Origin: Acidobacteriota bacterium
Lineage (GTDB): Bacteria; Desulfobacterota; Desulfovibrionia; Desulfovibrionales; Desulfovibrionaceae
Assembly: GCA_046567015.1 (NCBI GenBank)
Contig: JBKICS010000402.1
Span: forward strand, 5,641-42,927
Direction: 5' to 3'
DNA length: 37,287 bases
Shown here: piece by piece, positions 1 through 10,053 of the stretch
How positions within the stretch are numbered: the stretch's first letter is position 1
Layout of the letters: each line of letters opens with the position of its first letter
Position numbers and translations under genes: made by a program
Notes under the pieces: model-generated
What the model saw: the letters and a program-made list of their open reading frames with translations, nothing else
The model's database searches: none
What the model was told of the DNA's origin: nothing

Positions 1-1
1 G

Positions 2-169
2 GTCAAGGTGAGCGGCGCCTGGGCCGAGTTCGACGGCCAGGATGTGCTGCTTGCCGTGAAGGTGAAAAAAGGGGAAGATGTCCAGCTCAAGGTCCGTCGC
101 ACCAAGGACGGTTTCCCGTTCTGGAATATGACTCCCGAGGAACGCCAGCGCGAATCCGGCACGGAGTAG
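2..169 (+). CDS. 3' end of a hypothetical protein (possible small OB-fold, MamS/MamX-domain-like tail)
   Basis: Frame open from the window edge: VKVSGAWAEFDGQDVLLAVKVKKGEDVQLKVRRTKDGFPFWNMTPEERQRESGTE*, TAG at 167-169, with host-like GC3-rich codons. The family guess is weak. Confidence 0.7.
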   Translation, partial: VKVSGAWAEFDGQDVLLAVKVKKGEDVQLKVRRTKDGFPFWNMTPEERQRESGTE

Positions 170-283
170 GTTTTTCGTCGCTGCCCCGGGCCTGCCGCGC
201 GGGTGTCCGGCGAGGCGCGTCGTTTTTTTCGCCGAGCAGCGTGCCGCCCAGGCGCGGCCATACCATACATGGGAGCTTGCCGC

Positions 284-760
284 ATGGAGGAGACCCTCAA
301 GAAACAGGATGCCGAACTGCTCCAACTCGTCACGTTCAGTATTGGCGAGGAAGAGTTCGGCGTCGATATCCTCAGCGTGCAGGAGATCATCCGCATGATG
401 GATATTACCAAGGTTCCGCGCGCCCCTGATTTCGTCGAGGGCGTCATCAATTTGCGGGGCAAGGTCATTCCCATCATCGATCTTCGGCGTCGCTTTGGCC
501 TGTCCACCCGGGACCACGACAAGCACACTCGCATCATCGTCATCGAGATCAACAACATGATCGTGGGTTTTGTGGTCGATTCCGTTTCCGAGGTGCTGCG
601 CATACCCGCCAGCACGGTCGAGCCGCCGCCACCGGTGGTTTCCGGTCTGGAATCGGAGTACATCAGCGGCGTGGGCAAGCTCGAGGACCGGTTGCTGATC
701 CTGCTCGATCTCAACAAGCTGCTTTCCGGCGAAGAACGCGACATGCTTGGGTCCTTCTAG
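284..760 (+). CDS. cheW: Chemotaxis coupling protein CheW
   Basis: LVTFSIGEEEFGVDILSVQEII, TKVPRAPDFVEGVINLRGKVIPIIDLRRRF, GFVVDSVSEV motifs; ATG 284 with GGGAG upstream. Confidence 0.95.
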   Translation: MEETLKKQDAELLQLVTFSIGEEEFGVDILSVQEIIRMMDITKVPRAPDFVEGVINLRGKVIPIIDLRRRFGLSTRDHDKHTRIIVIEINNMIVGFVVDSVSEVLRIPASTVEPPPPVVSGLESEYISGVGKLEDRLLILLDLNKLLSGEERDMLGSF

Positions 761-924
761 GCCGGACCAACACCAGCTCGGATTTTGGCCGAAACGGCGT
801 CAGGGCGCATCCAGGCGGCCGCGCGTTTCGGCCGGGCGCGGCCGGCCGTCCGGGCCGACGCCGCAGCGATTTGATTTCACGGCCGCCGTCGCCTGTCGCG
901 ACGGCGGCCATCCCGTATTCCCCC

Positions 925-3900
925 ATGAGGCCTGTCTTGTCCCGCACCCCCGCACCCCTTGCCGATCTTCTGGCCGGAGCCGATTCCGCTTCGGTCTATA
1001 AAAGCGGTCCGGCCACCTTGGCCTTCCTGGCCGTGGAAGCCCTGTCTCGCGGCCAGTCCGCCGTGGTGGTGGCCCCGGGCCTAAACGAGCTGACCCGCAT
1101 CGCCTCCCTGCTCGAACTGCTGGCCCCGCCCTCGCCCGGCACTCTGTGGGGCGCGACCTGCGCCACCTTGCCTTCCTACGCCCCGGGCCGGCCGAGCGGG
1201 GCGTTCTGGGCGCGGCGCATGGCCTTTCTGGCCTTTGCCGCCATGGGGCGCGGGCCTCGGGTGCTCCTGGTCACGGCCGACAACCTGCTCCCCAAGTGGC
1301 CGCCGCCGCGCGCCCTGGAAGGCAACATCTTAAATGTAGCCCTGGGCGAGGAACTGCCCCGGGATCTCATTGCCGAACAGGCCGTGCTCTGGGGCTACAA
1401 GCGCTCGCCCATGGTCACGAACCCTGGCGAGTTCGCCCTTCGCGGCGACATCCTGGACATCTTTCCCCCGGGCTACGACAGTCCGCTGCGCCTGGAATTT
1501 TTCGGCGACACGGTGGAGGCCATCCGCCGCTTCGACGCCGGCACCCAGCGCTCCCTGGCCGAACTGACCGAGGCCGCCTTGCTGCCCGCCGCCCCGGCCG
1601 TGCTCTCCGACACCTTCATGGACGAGGCCCGGGCCCTGTGGACCACCATCGCCGGCACGGGCGAACTGCACCGGGCCGCCAAGCAGCATCTGGAAACCTG
1701 CCTGGAAATCCGCGACGGCGGCATCTGGCCCGGCCTGTTCTACGAAAAGCCGGTGGAACTGGCCGCCTGGTTCCCCGAGGACGCCGCCTATCTCGTGTGC
1801 GATCCCACCAAGGTCAAGGAACGCCTGGAAGAGGCCGAACACGCCTGGCGGCGCTTTTTCGAGGCCGAAACCAAGGAACGCGGCCACCCCTGGCCGACCG
1901 CCCGGGTCTTGTGGCCCGAGAACATGGCCCGAAAGTCCCTGGTGGCCGGCCGGCGCATCCTCTTTGAAGACCTGGTCATGGGCCGGGGCCGGCACGGGCC
2001 GGACCTGCCGGAAAAGGCCGTGGAACATTTCGGCGACATCTTCTGGAAGCCCGGCTCCGACAAGCGCCCCTGGACCACCTTGGTCGCTTCGCTTAAGGAG
2101 TGGAACCGGCAGGGCCAGACCATCCTGTCCTTCCACGGCGAACGCTCGCGCAAGAAATTCCTCCAAATGATCGAGCCCGAGGGGCTGACCTTTCGCACCA
2201 GCTACGTTCCGGGCGAGACCGGGCTTTTCGCCTTGGTCTCGGGGCTGCGCCACGGCATGGAGCTCACCTGGCGCGACACCCGCATCCTGGCCGAGGACAT
2301 CCTGCACCCCGAAACGGCCAAGGCCGGGGGCGACCGGGGCCGCGACAAGGATTTCAAGGGGCTGGCCTCCTTTGACGACATCCGTCCGGGCGATCTGATC
2401 GTCCACCGCGATTACGGCGTGGCCAGCTTCGAGGGCCTGACCCGCATGACGGTCGACGCCACCGGCGGCGATTACCTGCTGCTGGTCTTTGCCGACGACG
2501 ACAAGCTGTATCTCCCCGCCGACCGGCTCGGGCTGCTCCAGCGCTACAAGGGCCCGGAAGGCATCTCGCCGCCGCTCGACCGTCTGGGCGGGGCACGCTG
2601 GAAGTCCATCCGCGAGCGGGCGAAAAAGGCCATCGAGCGCATCGCCGCCGATCTGGTCGAGATGTACGCCTACCGGCAGGTGGCCAAGGGCTATGCCTAC
2701 GGCCCGACCAACGAACTCTATCTGGAATTCGAGGCCACCTTCGGTTTCGAGGAAACCCCGGACCAGGAACGGGCCATCAACGAAGTCTTGGCCGACATGG
2801 AACGACCCGAACCCATGGACCGGCTGGTGTGCGGCGACGTGGGCTTCGGCAAGACCGAGGTGGCCCTTCGCGCCGCATTTCGGGCCGTGCTCGACGGCAA
2901 GCAGGTGGCCATGCTCTGCCCGACCACCGTTTTGGCCGAGCAGCACTACCAGAATTTCGCCGCCCGCCTGGAAGGCTTCCCGGTGCGGGTGGAGATGCTC
3001 TCGCGCTTTGTCTCGCCCAAACGGCGCAAGGTGGTGCTGGAGTCCGTGGCCCGGGGTCAGGTGGACATCCTGATCGGCACCCACCGTATCCTGTCCTCGG
3101 ACGTGACCATCCCCAACATCGGCCTGCTCATCCTCGACGAGGAGCAGCGCTTTGGCGTCAAGCACAAGGAACGCCTCAAGGCTTTCAAGAAAAACATCGA
3201 TGCCCTGACCCTGACCGCCACGCCCATTCCGCGCACCCTGCAACTGTCCCTGTCCGGAGTGCGCGGCCTGTCCGTCATCGAGACGCCGCCGGTGGACCGC
3301 AAGACCGTGGAAACCGCCCTGGTCGAGCGCGACGAGGGCTTCCTGCGCGAGGTCATCCGGCGCGAGCTCGACCGCCAGGGCCAGGTGTTCTGGGTGCATA
3401 ACCGCGTCCAGGGCCTCGAGGATGTGACGGCCTACGTCAAGACCCTGGCCCCCCGGGCCAAGGTGGCCATGGCCCACGGCCAGATGTCGGAAACCGCCCT
3501 GGAAGAGGCCATGCACGGCTTCTGGCACGGCGAGACGGACATCCTGGTGTGCACCTCCATCATCGAATCCGGTCTGGATTTTCCCCGGGCCAATACCCTT
3601 ATCGTGGACAACGCCCACATGTTTGGCCTGGGGCAGCTCTACCAGTTGCGCGGTCGGGTCGGGCGCTCGCCGCGCCAGGCCTTCGCCTATTTCGTGGTGC
3701 CGAGCATCGAAAAGGTGCCGGAGCTGGCGAGAAAACGCCTGCGCGTGATCCTCGACATGGACTATCTCGGGGCCGGCTTCCAGGTGGCCATGGAGGACCT
3801 GCGTCTGCGCGGGGCCGGCAACATCCTGGGCGAGGCCCAGTCCGGCCACATCGCCCGCATCGGGCTCGACATGTTCCTGGAGATGCTCTCGGAAGAGGTG

Positions 3901-4386
3901 CGGCGGCTCAAGGGCGAGCCCATCAAGGAGAGCACCGAACCGGAGCTGACCCTGGGTGTTGCGGCCCGCATCCCCGAGCGCTACGTGCCCGAGGCTTCCG
4001 ACCGCCTGCGCCTCTATAAGGCCTTGTCCACGGCCCGCACCGAGGAAGGCTTGGCTGAGCTGGCGGCCGAGATGCGCGACCGATTCGGCCCGCCGCCGCC
4101 GGAGGTGGACAATTTCCGGGCCGTCTTGGGCTTAAAGCAGGTGCTGGGCCGGTTGGGCGTGGCCCGGGCCGAGATTGCCCCGACCAAGCTCACCGTGTCC
4201 TTCGAGGGGGAAGGCGCGGCGGTCGAGCCCCAGCGACTGGTGGATTTTGTGGGCGAACATCCAGGCGTGCGCCTGCTGCCGCCCGGCAAGATCGTCCTGC
4301 CCCTGGACCAGTCCCTGCCCCTGCCCGAGGCCGTGTCCGCCTGGGCTCGGGAACTGGCCGGGCTTGGCGAGGCTGGGGCCGCGTGA
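925..4386 (+). CDS. mfd: Transcription-repair coupling factor Mfd
   Basis: UvrB-like GEFALRGDILDIFP, RID region, helicase motifs GDVGFGKT, DEEQRFG, TATPIPRT, QLRGRVGRS, then TRCF C-terminus. Start is ATG 925 or TTG 937 (GAGG upstream of the latter). Confidence 0.96.
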   Translation: MRPVLSRTPAPLADLLAGADSASVYKSGPATLAFLAVEALSRGQSAVVVAPGLNELTRIASLLELLAPPSPGTLWGATCATLPSYAPGRPSGAFWARRMAFLAFAAMGRGPRVLLVTADNLLPKWPPPRALEGNILNVALGEELPRDLIAEQAVLWGYKRSPMVTNPGEFALRGDILDIFPPGYDSPLRLEFFGDTVEAIRRFDAGTQRSLAELTEAALLPAAPAVLSDTFMDEARALWTTIAGTGELHRAAKQHLETCLEIRDGGIWPGLFYEKPVELAAWFPEDAAYLVCDPTKVKERLEEAEHAWRRFFEAETKERGHPWPTARVLWPENMARKSLVAGRRILFEDLVMGRGRHGPDLPEKAVEHFGDIFWKPGSDKRPWTTLVASLKEWNRQGQTILSFHGERSRKKFLQMIEPEGLTFRTSYVPGETGLFALVSGLRHGMELTWRDTRILAEDILHPETAKAGGDRGRDKDFKGLASFDDIRPGDLIVHRDYGVASFEGLTRMTVDATGGDYLLLVFADDDKLYLPADRLGLLQRYKGPEGISPPLDRLGGARWKSIRERAKKAIERIAADLVEMYAYRQVAKGYAYGPTNELYLEFEATFGFEETPDQERAINEVLADMERPEPMDRLVCGDVGFGKTEVALRAAFRAVLDGKQVAMLCPTTVLAEQHYQNFAARLEGFPVRVEMLSRFVSPKRRKVVLESVARGQVDILIGTHRILSSDVTIPNIGLLILDEEQRFGVKHKERLKAFKKNIDALTLTATPIPRTLQLSLSGVRGLSVIETPPVDRKTVETALVERDEGFLREVIRRELDRQGQVFWVHNRVQGLEDVTAYVKTLAPRAKVAMAHGQMSETALEEAMHGFWHGETDILVCTSIIESGLDFPRANTLIVDNAHMFGLGQLYQLRGRVGRSPRQAFAYFVVPSIEKVPELARKRLRVILDMDYLGAGFQVAMEDLRLRGAGNILGEAQSGHIARIGLDMFLEMLSEEVRRLKGEPIKESTEPELTLGVAARIPERYVPEASDRLRLYKALSTARTEEGLAELAAEMRDRFGPPPPEVDNFRAVLGLKQVLGRLGVARAEIAPTKLTVSFEGEGAAVEPQRLVDFVGEHPGVRLLPPGKIVLPLDQSLPLPEAVSAWARELAGLGEAGAA

Positions 4387-6158
4387 AGGCTTTTACGGGC
4401 CGGATGCCGCAGGCCGGAGCAGGGATTTGCCTGCTCTTCGCCTGCCTGCTGGCCGGGTGCTTCTGGGACCGGCCCGACGCGACCGGGGTGGTGGCCGAGG
4501 TCAACGGCGCGCCCATCCGTTTGGCCGAGCTGGAGGCCCGCCACGACGCCGGGCGTCTGGGCATCCCTGTCCTGGAAAATCCGGCCGTGGAGGAACTGCG
4601 GACCGAATACGGCGCGGTTCTGGCCGATATGATCGTGACCCGCCTGATGGTCCAGGAGCTCGACCGGCTCAAGCTCTCCCCGTCCCCGGCGGATCTGGCC
4701 GAGGCCGAAGCGGTCGTGCGGGCGGATTATCCGGGCGACGCCTTCGAGCGCATGCTCCTTGAGGAGCATATCGATCTGACCGCCTGGCGGACCATGCTGG
4801 CTGAGCGGCTGGCCCTGGAGAAATTCAGCCGGGACGTGCTGCGCCCCACTGTCCGGGTGGGCGTCTCCGAGGCGGCCAGCTACTACAAGGACCATATCGA
4901 CGCCTTTGCCCGGCCGGCCTCGGTGCGGCTGCTGGTGGTTACCGGCCCCGACGCCGAGGCCGTCAAGGCCGCCTTGGCCGCGGCCCGCAAGTCCGGCCAG
5001 GGGGAGAGCGCCCCGGGCGTCGCCCAGGCCGTGCTGCCCGAGGCCGGACTGCCGGCTGGCTGGCGCGACGCCCTCAAGGGCCGCAAGCCCGGCGAGGCCA
5101 GCCAGCCGTTGCCGTCGGGCCGGGAATACGTCGGCCTGATCCTCCTCGAACGCTTGCCGGCCGCCGTCCTGGACCCGGCCAAGGCCTACGCCCGGGTGGA
5201 GGCCATGCTTGCGGCGGAAAAGCTGGACAAGGCCTTTGCCGCCTGGCTGGCCGAGACCCTGGGCGTAGCGCGGGTGCGCGTCAACCGCCAGCTCCTGGCC
5301 ACCGCCGGGCAACCGGACGGGCCGCAAGCCCCCCAGGCCGCCGTGGGGCCTGGACCGACGGAACTCGAAACGGCCCGGGCCGAGGACGCGGCCCGGACCT
5401 ATGTGCTGGATCAGGCCCGCAAGACCCTGGCCGACAAACGGGCCGCCGCCGGATCGCCAACAGAGGCCGGAGATCCCCCGAGTCCCGCGCCGGTGGATGT
5501 GCTTCCCGCGTCGGGCGTAGCCGAGGGGCAGCCTGCCGCGACACCGATCCAGGACGCGCCGTCCGCGCCGGCTCAGAACGTTGCCGAGACGACGGCCGGC
5601 CAGCCTGCTGCCGCACCGGCCCAGACCGTTGCCGCGTCGCCGCCCTCGGTCCCGGACCCGCCGTCGGCTCCGGTCGAACCCGCCCAGACCGGACCCGCCG
5701 CGCCCGAAGTGACGCCGGCCCCGACCCCGAACTTGGCCGAAGCCACGCCGCCTGTGGTCCGGGAGCGCGACAGTGCCCCGGCCGCGTCGTCGCCTGCCAC
5801 CGCCCCGGGCCAGCCCGGCGATCAGGCGGCCGCGTCAGCCCTTGCCCCACAACCGACCGCACCGGCTTACCCGCCAGCCGATGCCACCGATGGCTCGCCG
5901 ACCGCGCCGCTCCCGGCCCAAACCGGCCCGGGCGAGGTGGAATTCACGGCGGTCAAGGCCAGCTGGATTCTTTATACAGTGGACGAGAGCCACCAGGAGC
6001 GGGTCTATCTCAAGCCCGGCAAACCGCTGCGGTTGGCCTATGCCCGGCGGCTGGTCGTGCGCCTGGGCAGCCCAAGCGTGGTGACCTGCCGTGCGGGCGG
6101 CCGGGAAACCACCTTGGATGTCGGGCAAAAAGAGAGCCGGGTGCTTGAATTTCCCTGA
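4383..6158 (+). CDS. SurA/PrsA-like chaperone lipoprotein with Pro/Ala linker and C-terminal RodZ-type (DUF4115-like) domain
   Basis: GTGA overlap with mfd stop; lipobox LLAGC; VVAEVNGAPI SurA-N-like start; degenerate parvulin region; long P/A linker; C-terminus resembles the RodZ C-terminus at 8594-8824. Confidence 0.78.
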   Translation: MKAFTGRMPQAGAGICLLFACLLAGCFWDRPDATGVVAEVNGAPIRLAELEARHDAGRLGIPVLENPAVEELRTEYGAVLADMIVTRLMVQELDRLKLSPSPADLAEAEAVVRADYPGDAFERMLLEEHIDLTAWRTMLAERLALEKFSRDVLRPTVRVGVSEAASYYKDHIDAFARPASVRLLVVTGPDAEAVKAALAAARKSGQGESAPGVAQAVLPEAGLPAGWRDALKGRKPGEASQPLPSGREYVGLILLERLPAAVLDPAKAYARVEAMLAAEKLDKAFAAWLAETLGVARVRVNRQLLATAGQPDGPQAPQAAVGPGPTELETARAEDAARTYVLDQARKTLADKRAAAGSPTEAGDPPSPAPVDVLPASGVAEGQPAATPIQDAPSAPAQNVAETTAGQPAAAPAQTVAASPPSVPDPPSAPVEPAQTGPAAPEVTPAPTPNLAEATPPVVRERDSAPAASSPATAPGQPGDQAAASALAPQPTAPAYPPADATDGSPTAPLPAQTGPGEVEFTAVKASWILYTVDESHQERVYLKPGKPLRLAYARRLVVRLGSPSVVTCRAGGRETTLDVGQKESRVLEFP

Positions 6159-6343
6159 CCAGCGACGGCGGCGCGGCGGCCACGATTGCCTGGGGTGGCA
6201 AAAACGTTTATAGGCCCCGGAAGCGCGGTCGCGTCGGCCTGGGAGGAGGGCGTTGCGGCTTCGCTGACGTTCCCGGGGCATCGCCGGACGGGCTTGGTAT
6301 GTCCGTTTCATGCGACCTACGCAGCCCTACCATGGAGGATACT

Positions 6344-7336
6344 TTGCCTCGACTTCAAAAAATTCTCTGTATATTCGGATTGTTGGTTGCCATGGCCGCA
6401 TCGGCCGGAGCCGCCGAACTGGTGGATCGGGTCGTGGCGGTCGTCAACGGCAAACTCATCACCATGTTCGACGTCGACAACAGGGTCGTTGAAGTCGTGC
6501 AGCGTACCCAGGGTATTACGCTCAAACCGGGCGATCCCCGGCTCGACGAACTGCGACGCCAGATGCTCGAGAGCATGATCACCGAATTGCTCATCGAGCA
6601 GGAAGCGGCCAGGATGAAGATCAACGTCTCGGAGACGGAGATCGATTCCCAGATCGACGAACTCAAGAAGAAGAACAGCCTCACGCAGCAGCAGTTTGTC
6701 GCCGAGTTGGCCAAGGAAGGCCTGACGCTCAAGCAGTTTCGCCAGCGCATCCGGGATGACAGCATGCGCAAGCGTCTCCTTGGATTCATGGTCCATCGCA
6801 AGGTGCTTGTCACCGACGACGAGGTCCGTGATTACTACGAGAAGAACAAGGGCAATCTCCCTTCGACCAAGTCGATCCTCGGACCGAAAATGTCGGGCAA
6901 CATCGGCTTCATCATGGTTCCGTCCAAGAAACAGGCTGATGAGCTGCGGGCCAAGATCAATTCCGGCGCCATGAGTTTCGCCGATGCCGCCAAGAAATTT
7001 TCCATCGGTCCCGGCCGCGACCAGGGCGGCGATCTAGGAGACGTGCAGGCCAAGGATCTGGCCGCCCCCCTGCGCGATGCCCTCAAGGCCGCGCCGGCCG
7101 GGCAGGTCAGCGAACCGGTGATGCTCGACGGCAAGGCCGTGCTGCTCAAGCAGCGCACGGACAAGGGCGACCTGGCCCAGCCCGCGCCGGCTCCCGTCGC
7201 CGCCGCCTCCGGTTCTTCCTACGAGCAGGCCCGGGAGCAAATTCAGGAATTGCTGTACAAGCAGAAGTTCGACAAGATTTTTCAGGAATACATCGACAAT
7301 CTGCGGTCCAAGGCCGTGATCGAGGTCAAGCTGTAG
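6344..7336 (+). CDS. surA: SurA-family periplasmic chaperone / parvulin PPIase
   Basis: Signal peptide ending ASAGA, VDRVVAVVNGKLIT, parvulin motif FADAAKKFSIGPGRDQGGDLG, C-terminal LRSKAVIEVKL. TTG 6344 follows GGAGG; ATG 6332 is an alternative start. Confidence 0.85.
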   Translation: MPRLQKILCIFGLLVAMAASAGAAELVDRVVAVVNGKLITMFDVDNRVVEVVQRTQGITLKPGDPRLDELRRQMLESMITELLIEQEAARMKINVSETEIDSQIDELKKKNSLTQQQFVAELAKEGLTLKQFRQRIRDDSMRKRLLGFMVHRKVLVTDDEVRDYYEKNKGNLPSTKSILGPKMSGNIGFIMVPSKKQADELRAKINSGAMSFADAAKKFSIGPGRDQGGDLGDVQAKDLAAPLRDALKAAPAGQVSEPVMLDGKAVLLKQRTDKGDLAQPAPAPVAAASGSSYEQAREQIQELLYKQKFDKIFQEYIDNLRSKAVIEVKL

Positions 7337-7402
7337 CGCTTGCGATCCGGTCGTCCGGGGGTCCTCCCGCTCCCGGCGTGCGGGCACAGAGGAGTTTTTT
7401 CT

Positions 7403-8827
7403 ATGGATTTGCGTGAGATAGGAACGATACTGCGCGAGGAACGGGAGCGACAGGGCCTGTCCCTCGACACGGTGTCGGACAAGATCAAGGTATCGCGATC
7501 CTGTCTTGCGGCCATCGAGGACGGCAATGAAAAGACATTGCCCCATCCGGTGTATGCAAAGGGATTTATTAAAAATTACGCCAAGTTGCTTGGCTTTGAC
7601 CAAGCCGAGTTCACGGCCTGGCTGTCCACCGTCTACCAGACCGAGGAGACCCACTTTCGGGAAATTTCACTGATTACCGACATCCCGGAGGATGATTGCG
7701 GCTGCTCCGTGCCAACGCCCGCCCCGCGACCGCCTTTCAAGGCGATCGCCCTGGTCGGGATCGGCCTGCTGCTGGCGATCGGCCTTGGCTGGTTTGTCGT
7801 AAACCACTTTTTCCTGCGCCCCGAAGGGGAAACCCCGGCCGCGCCAACGGCGTCCTCCGGGGATGTCACCGTCGCCGACTCCAAGAAAACGGCCCTGCCG
7901 GCCGCGCCTGAACCAGAGGCTCCGGCTCCGGTCACCCCTGCCCCGGTGCCCCCGGCTCCTGCCCCGGTGGCTTCGACCCCGGCCCCGGCTCCGGTGGCCG
8001 TGATCCCGACGGTTCCCGTTCAGTCGCCGCCTCCGGTCGAACCGGCCAAGCCCGCCCAGGACGCGCTCCCGCGCGGCGGGCTTACCCCTGAGGACCGGGC
8101 CACCCAGGACATCGCCGTCAGCGGTCCGGCCGCGGCGGTTCCGGCCGTGCCGCCGGCTCCGGAAGCCGCCCCGGCCCCGGCCGCTCCCACGGCCAAAAGC
8201 TTTACCGTGGGCGATTCCGGCCCCCATACCGTCGTCATCGCGGCCAATGAGCGCTGCTGGCTCCAGGCCGGGGCCGACGGCGGCTCCATGCACGAATCCA
8301 TGTTGGAGAAGGGCGACACCTTCACCGGGCATTTCACCGACTATCTGCTGGTGCGCCTGGGCAATGCCGGCGCGGTGGAGATTCACTTCGACAACAAGCT
8401 CTATCCGCTCCAGGTCGGCAAGGGCGCGGTCAAAACGCTGAAGTTCGTGGCGAAAAAGACCGAGGGCGAGGCGGCCAAGCCGGTCGCGGGCGCGACCGCC
8501 GCGCCGACTCCGCCCCCTGCGCCGGCCGCGCCCGCGTCCGCGACGACGGCCCCGGCCGTCCCGGTCGCGCCGGCCGCCGCCGAGGCGACTCCGGGCGGCA
8601 AGGAAGTGGAAATCTACGGCCAGGACGGGAGCTGGGTTATTGTCAGCCCCGACAAAGGCCCAGCCAAGGAAATCTACGTCAAGAAGGGCCAGCGTATCAG
8701 CGTCCCGTTTGGCGAGAAGATCGAGATCAAGCTCGGCAATCCGAGCAACGTGGTCTTTCGCTACGACGGCAAGGAGACGCCGGTCAGCACCGAGAAGGGT
8801 GGCGTCAAGACCATTCGTTTCCCCTGA
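7403..8827 (+). CDS. rodZ: Cell-shape protein RodZ (HTH, TM, two DUF4115-like domains)
   Basis: HTH IGTILREERERQGLSL...PVYAKGFIKNYAKLLG, one TM helix, P/A linker, CWLQ...RLGNAGAV and SWVIV...KLGNPSNV domains; GAGGAG upstream of ATG 7403. Confidence 0.85.
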   Translation: MDLREIGTILREERERQGLSLDTVSDKIKVSRSCLAAIEDGNEKTLPHPVYAKGFIKNYAKLLGFDQAEFTAWLSTVYQTEETHFREISLITDIPEDDCGCSVPTPAPRPPFKAIALVGIGLLLAIGLGWFVVNHFFLRPEGETPAAPTASSGDVTVADSKKTALPAAPEPEAPAPVTPAPVPPAPAPVASTPAPAPVAVIPTVPVQSPPPVEPAKPAQDALPRGGLTPEDRATQDIAVSGPAAAVPAVPPAPEAAPAPAAPTAKSFTVGDSGPHTVVIAANERCWLQAGADGGSMHESMLEKGDTFTGHFTDYLLVRLGNAGAVEIHFDNKLYPLQVGKGAVKTLKFVAKKTEGEAAKPVAGATAAPTPPPAPAAPASATTAPAVPVAPAAAEATPGGKEVEIYGQDGSWVIVSPDKGPAKEIYVKKGQRISVPFGEKIEIKLGNPSNVVFRYDGKETPVSTEKGGVKTIRFP

Positions 8828-8898
8828 TGTGACACGGCGTTTGCGTTTTGCCCGGCGGGGACGCGCCGGCCGGCCAGGCGGCCGGTCAGGCGGCGGGC

Positions 8899-9070
8899 GT
8901 GACGCGGCTCAGCCAGGAGCTCGGCGGCGTTGCGGGAACGGCTAGGAGCGCTGGCCGCCTGGGCGACGGGCCGGCTAGGCAGCGCGTGTGACGCAGTCCG
9001 GCCAAGGGCCCGGCGACGGCGCCGGAACGGCCGAGGAGCACTTGCCGCCTGAGCGCTAGGCCGGCCGGCT
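8899..9070. repeat. Degenerate direct repeat, two units, period 89 bp
   Basis: Units start GTGACGC at 8899 and 8988 and share GGAACGGC, GGAGC, GCCGCCTG and GGCCGGC blocks in the same order. Confidence 0.6.
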
Positions 9071-9215
9071 TGGCCTGGCGGCGAACAGTGTTCAGGAAGG
9101 CCCAGGACGCCCGGGCGCGCCGGGCAACCGATGGACCCGGGACGGGTCGGGCCGTTTAGTCCTTCGTGCCTTCCGGCGCGAGGCGGCCGGACGCCTGGGA
9201 GGTGCGTGAGGCGGC

Positions 9216-9962
9216 ATGGAATTTTCCGAACAGGCACTCGTGCTTGCCGTACGCCGGTTTCGGGAGATCGATGCCTGGGTGCGGCTGCTCTCGCCAGTGC
9301 GCGGCGTGTATACCGCCTTTGCCTTCGGGGGCATGAAAAGCCGCCGCCGGTTCCTGGGCTGCCTCGATCCCCTCAACCATGTCCAGTTCAAGGTCCGCCG
9401 GACAGGCTACCGGGGCTACCACTGCCTGACCGAAGGCCGGCTCCTGGATTCCCCGAGGCAGTTGCGCACCCATCCAAATCGTCTGGGCATGGCGGTCAAC
9501 TGCTTGAAATTTTTTGAGGCTGTGCCTATCGGTCCCCAGAGCGCGGCCGAAGCGTACGCCTTGTTGCGCGAGATGCTGGCCGCCCTGGACGCGGCCGAGG
9601 CCCCGTCGCCGCTGTTTCCGCTGCTGTTTCGGGCCAGGATGACTTTCATGCACGGCCTGCTGCCCGTGTGCGGTCCCTGCGCCGTGTGCGGCCAGACCAT
9701 CGGCGAGCGCGGGGCCGTGTGCCATGTCGAGGAAGGCAAGATTGTGTGTCCGGCCTGTCGCGGCGCGGACGGCGGCGTGCGCCTGCCCCTTGGCGGCGAG
9801 GCGCTGTCGCTTTTGCGGGCGGCCGTGGGACAGGATCCGGTCTGCTGGGCGGACTGCCGGCCCGAGCCGGCGGCGGCCCGGGAGTTTTCCCGGGCCGTGG
9901 ACCTGCTGGTACGCTATCATATGGGATTGGCCTGGGAGCAGGGCGGGTTCGTGCGGGCCTGA
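9216..9962 (+). CDS. recO: DNA repair protein RecO
   Basis: [22 protein letters not shown]-fold start, KSRRRF motif, Zn-finger CAVC...CPAC; conserved recO-glyQ-glyS order. Confidence 0.92.
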   Translation: MEFSEQALVLAVRRFREIDAWVRLLSPVRGVYTAFAFGGMKSRRRFLGCLDPLNHVQFKVRRTGYRGYHCLTEGRLLDSPRQLRTHPNRLGMAVNCLKFFEAVPIGPQSAAEAYALLREMLAALDAAEAPSPLFPLLFRARMTFMHGLLPVCGPCAVCGQTIGERGAVCHVEEGKIVCPACRGADGGVRLPLGGEALSLLRAAVGQDPVCWADCRPEPAAAREFSRAVDLLVRYHMGLAWEQGGFVRA

Positions 9963-10053
9963 CGCGCCGGACCGCGTCCGCCCCGGGGCGCGTCCCCCAA
10001 CGCCTCGCCGCGCCCGGCCCGGCTGGCGGCGAAACCTTGAAATCGGAGCGAGC

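Noticed and set aside
1330-3849. Long antisense ORFs (839 aa here; also 9646-11418, 16246-18390, 21148-23403, 23174-24952, 25553-27019, 28820-30607)
   Set aside because: Shadow frames opposite real genes, expected in high-GC DNA; no recognisable motifs.
5460-5925. Repetitive-looking DNA in Pro/Ala linkers (also 7900-8190)
   Set aside because: Low-complexity coding sequence, not a discrete DNA repeat array.
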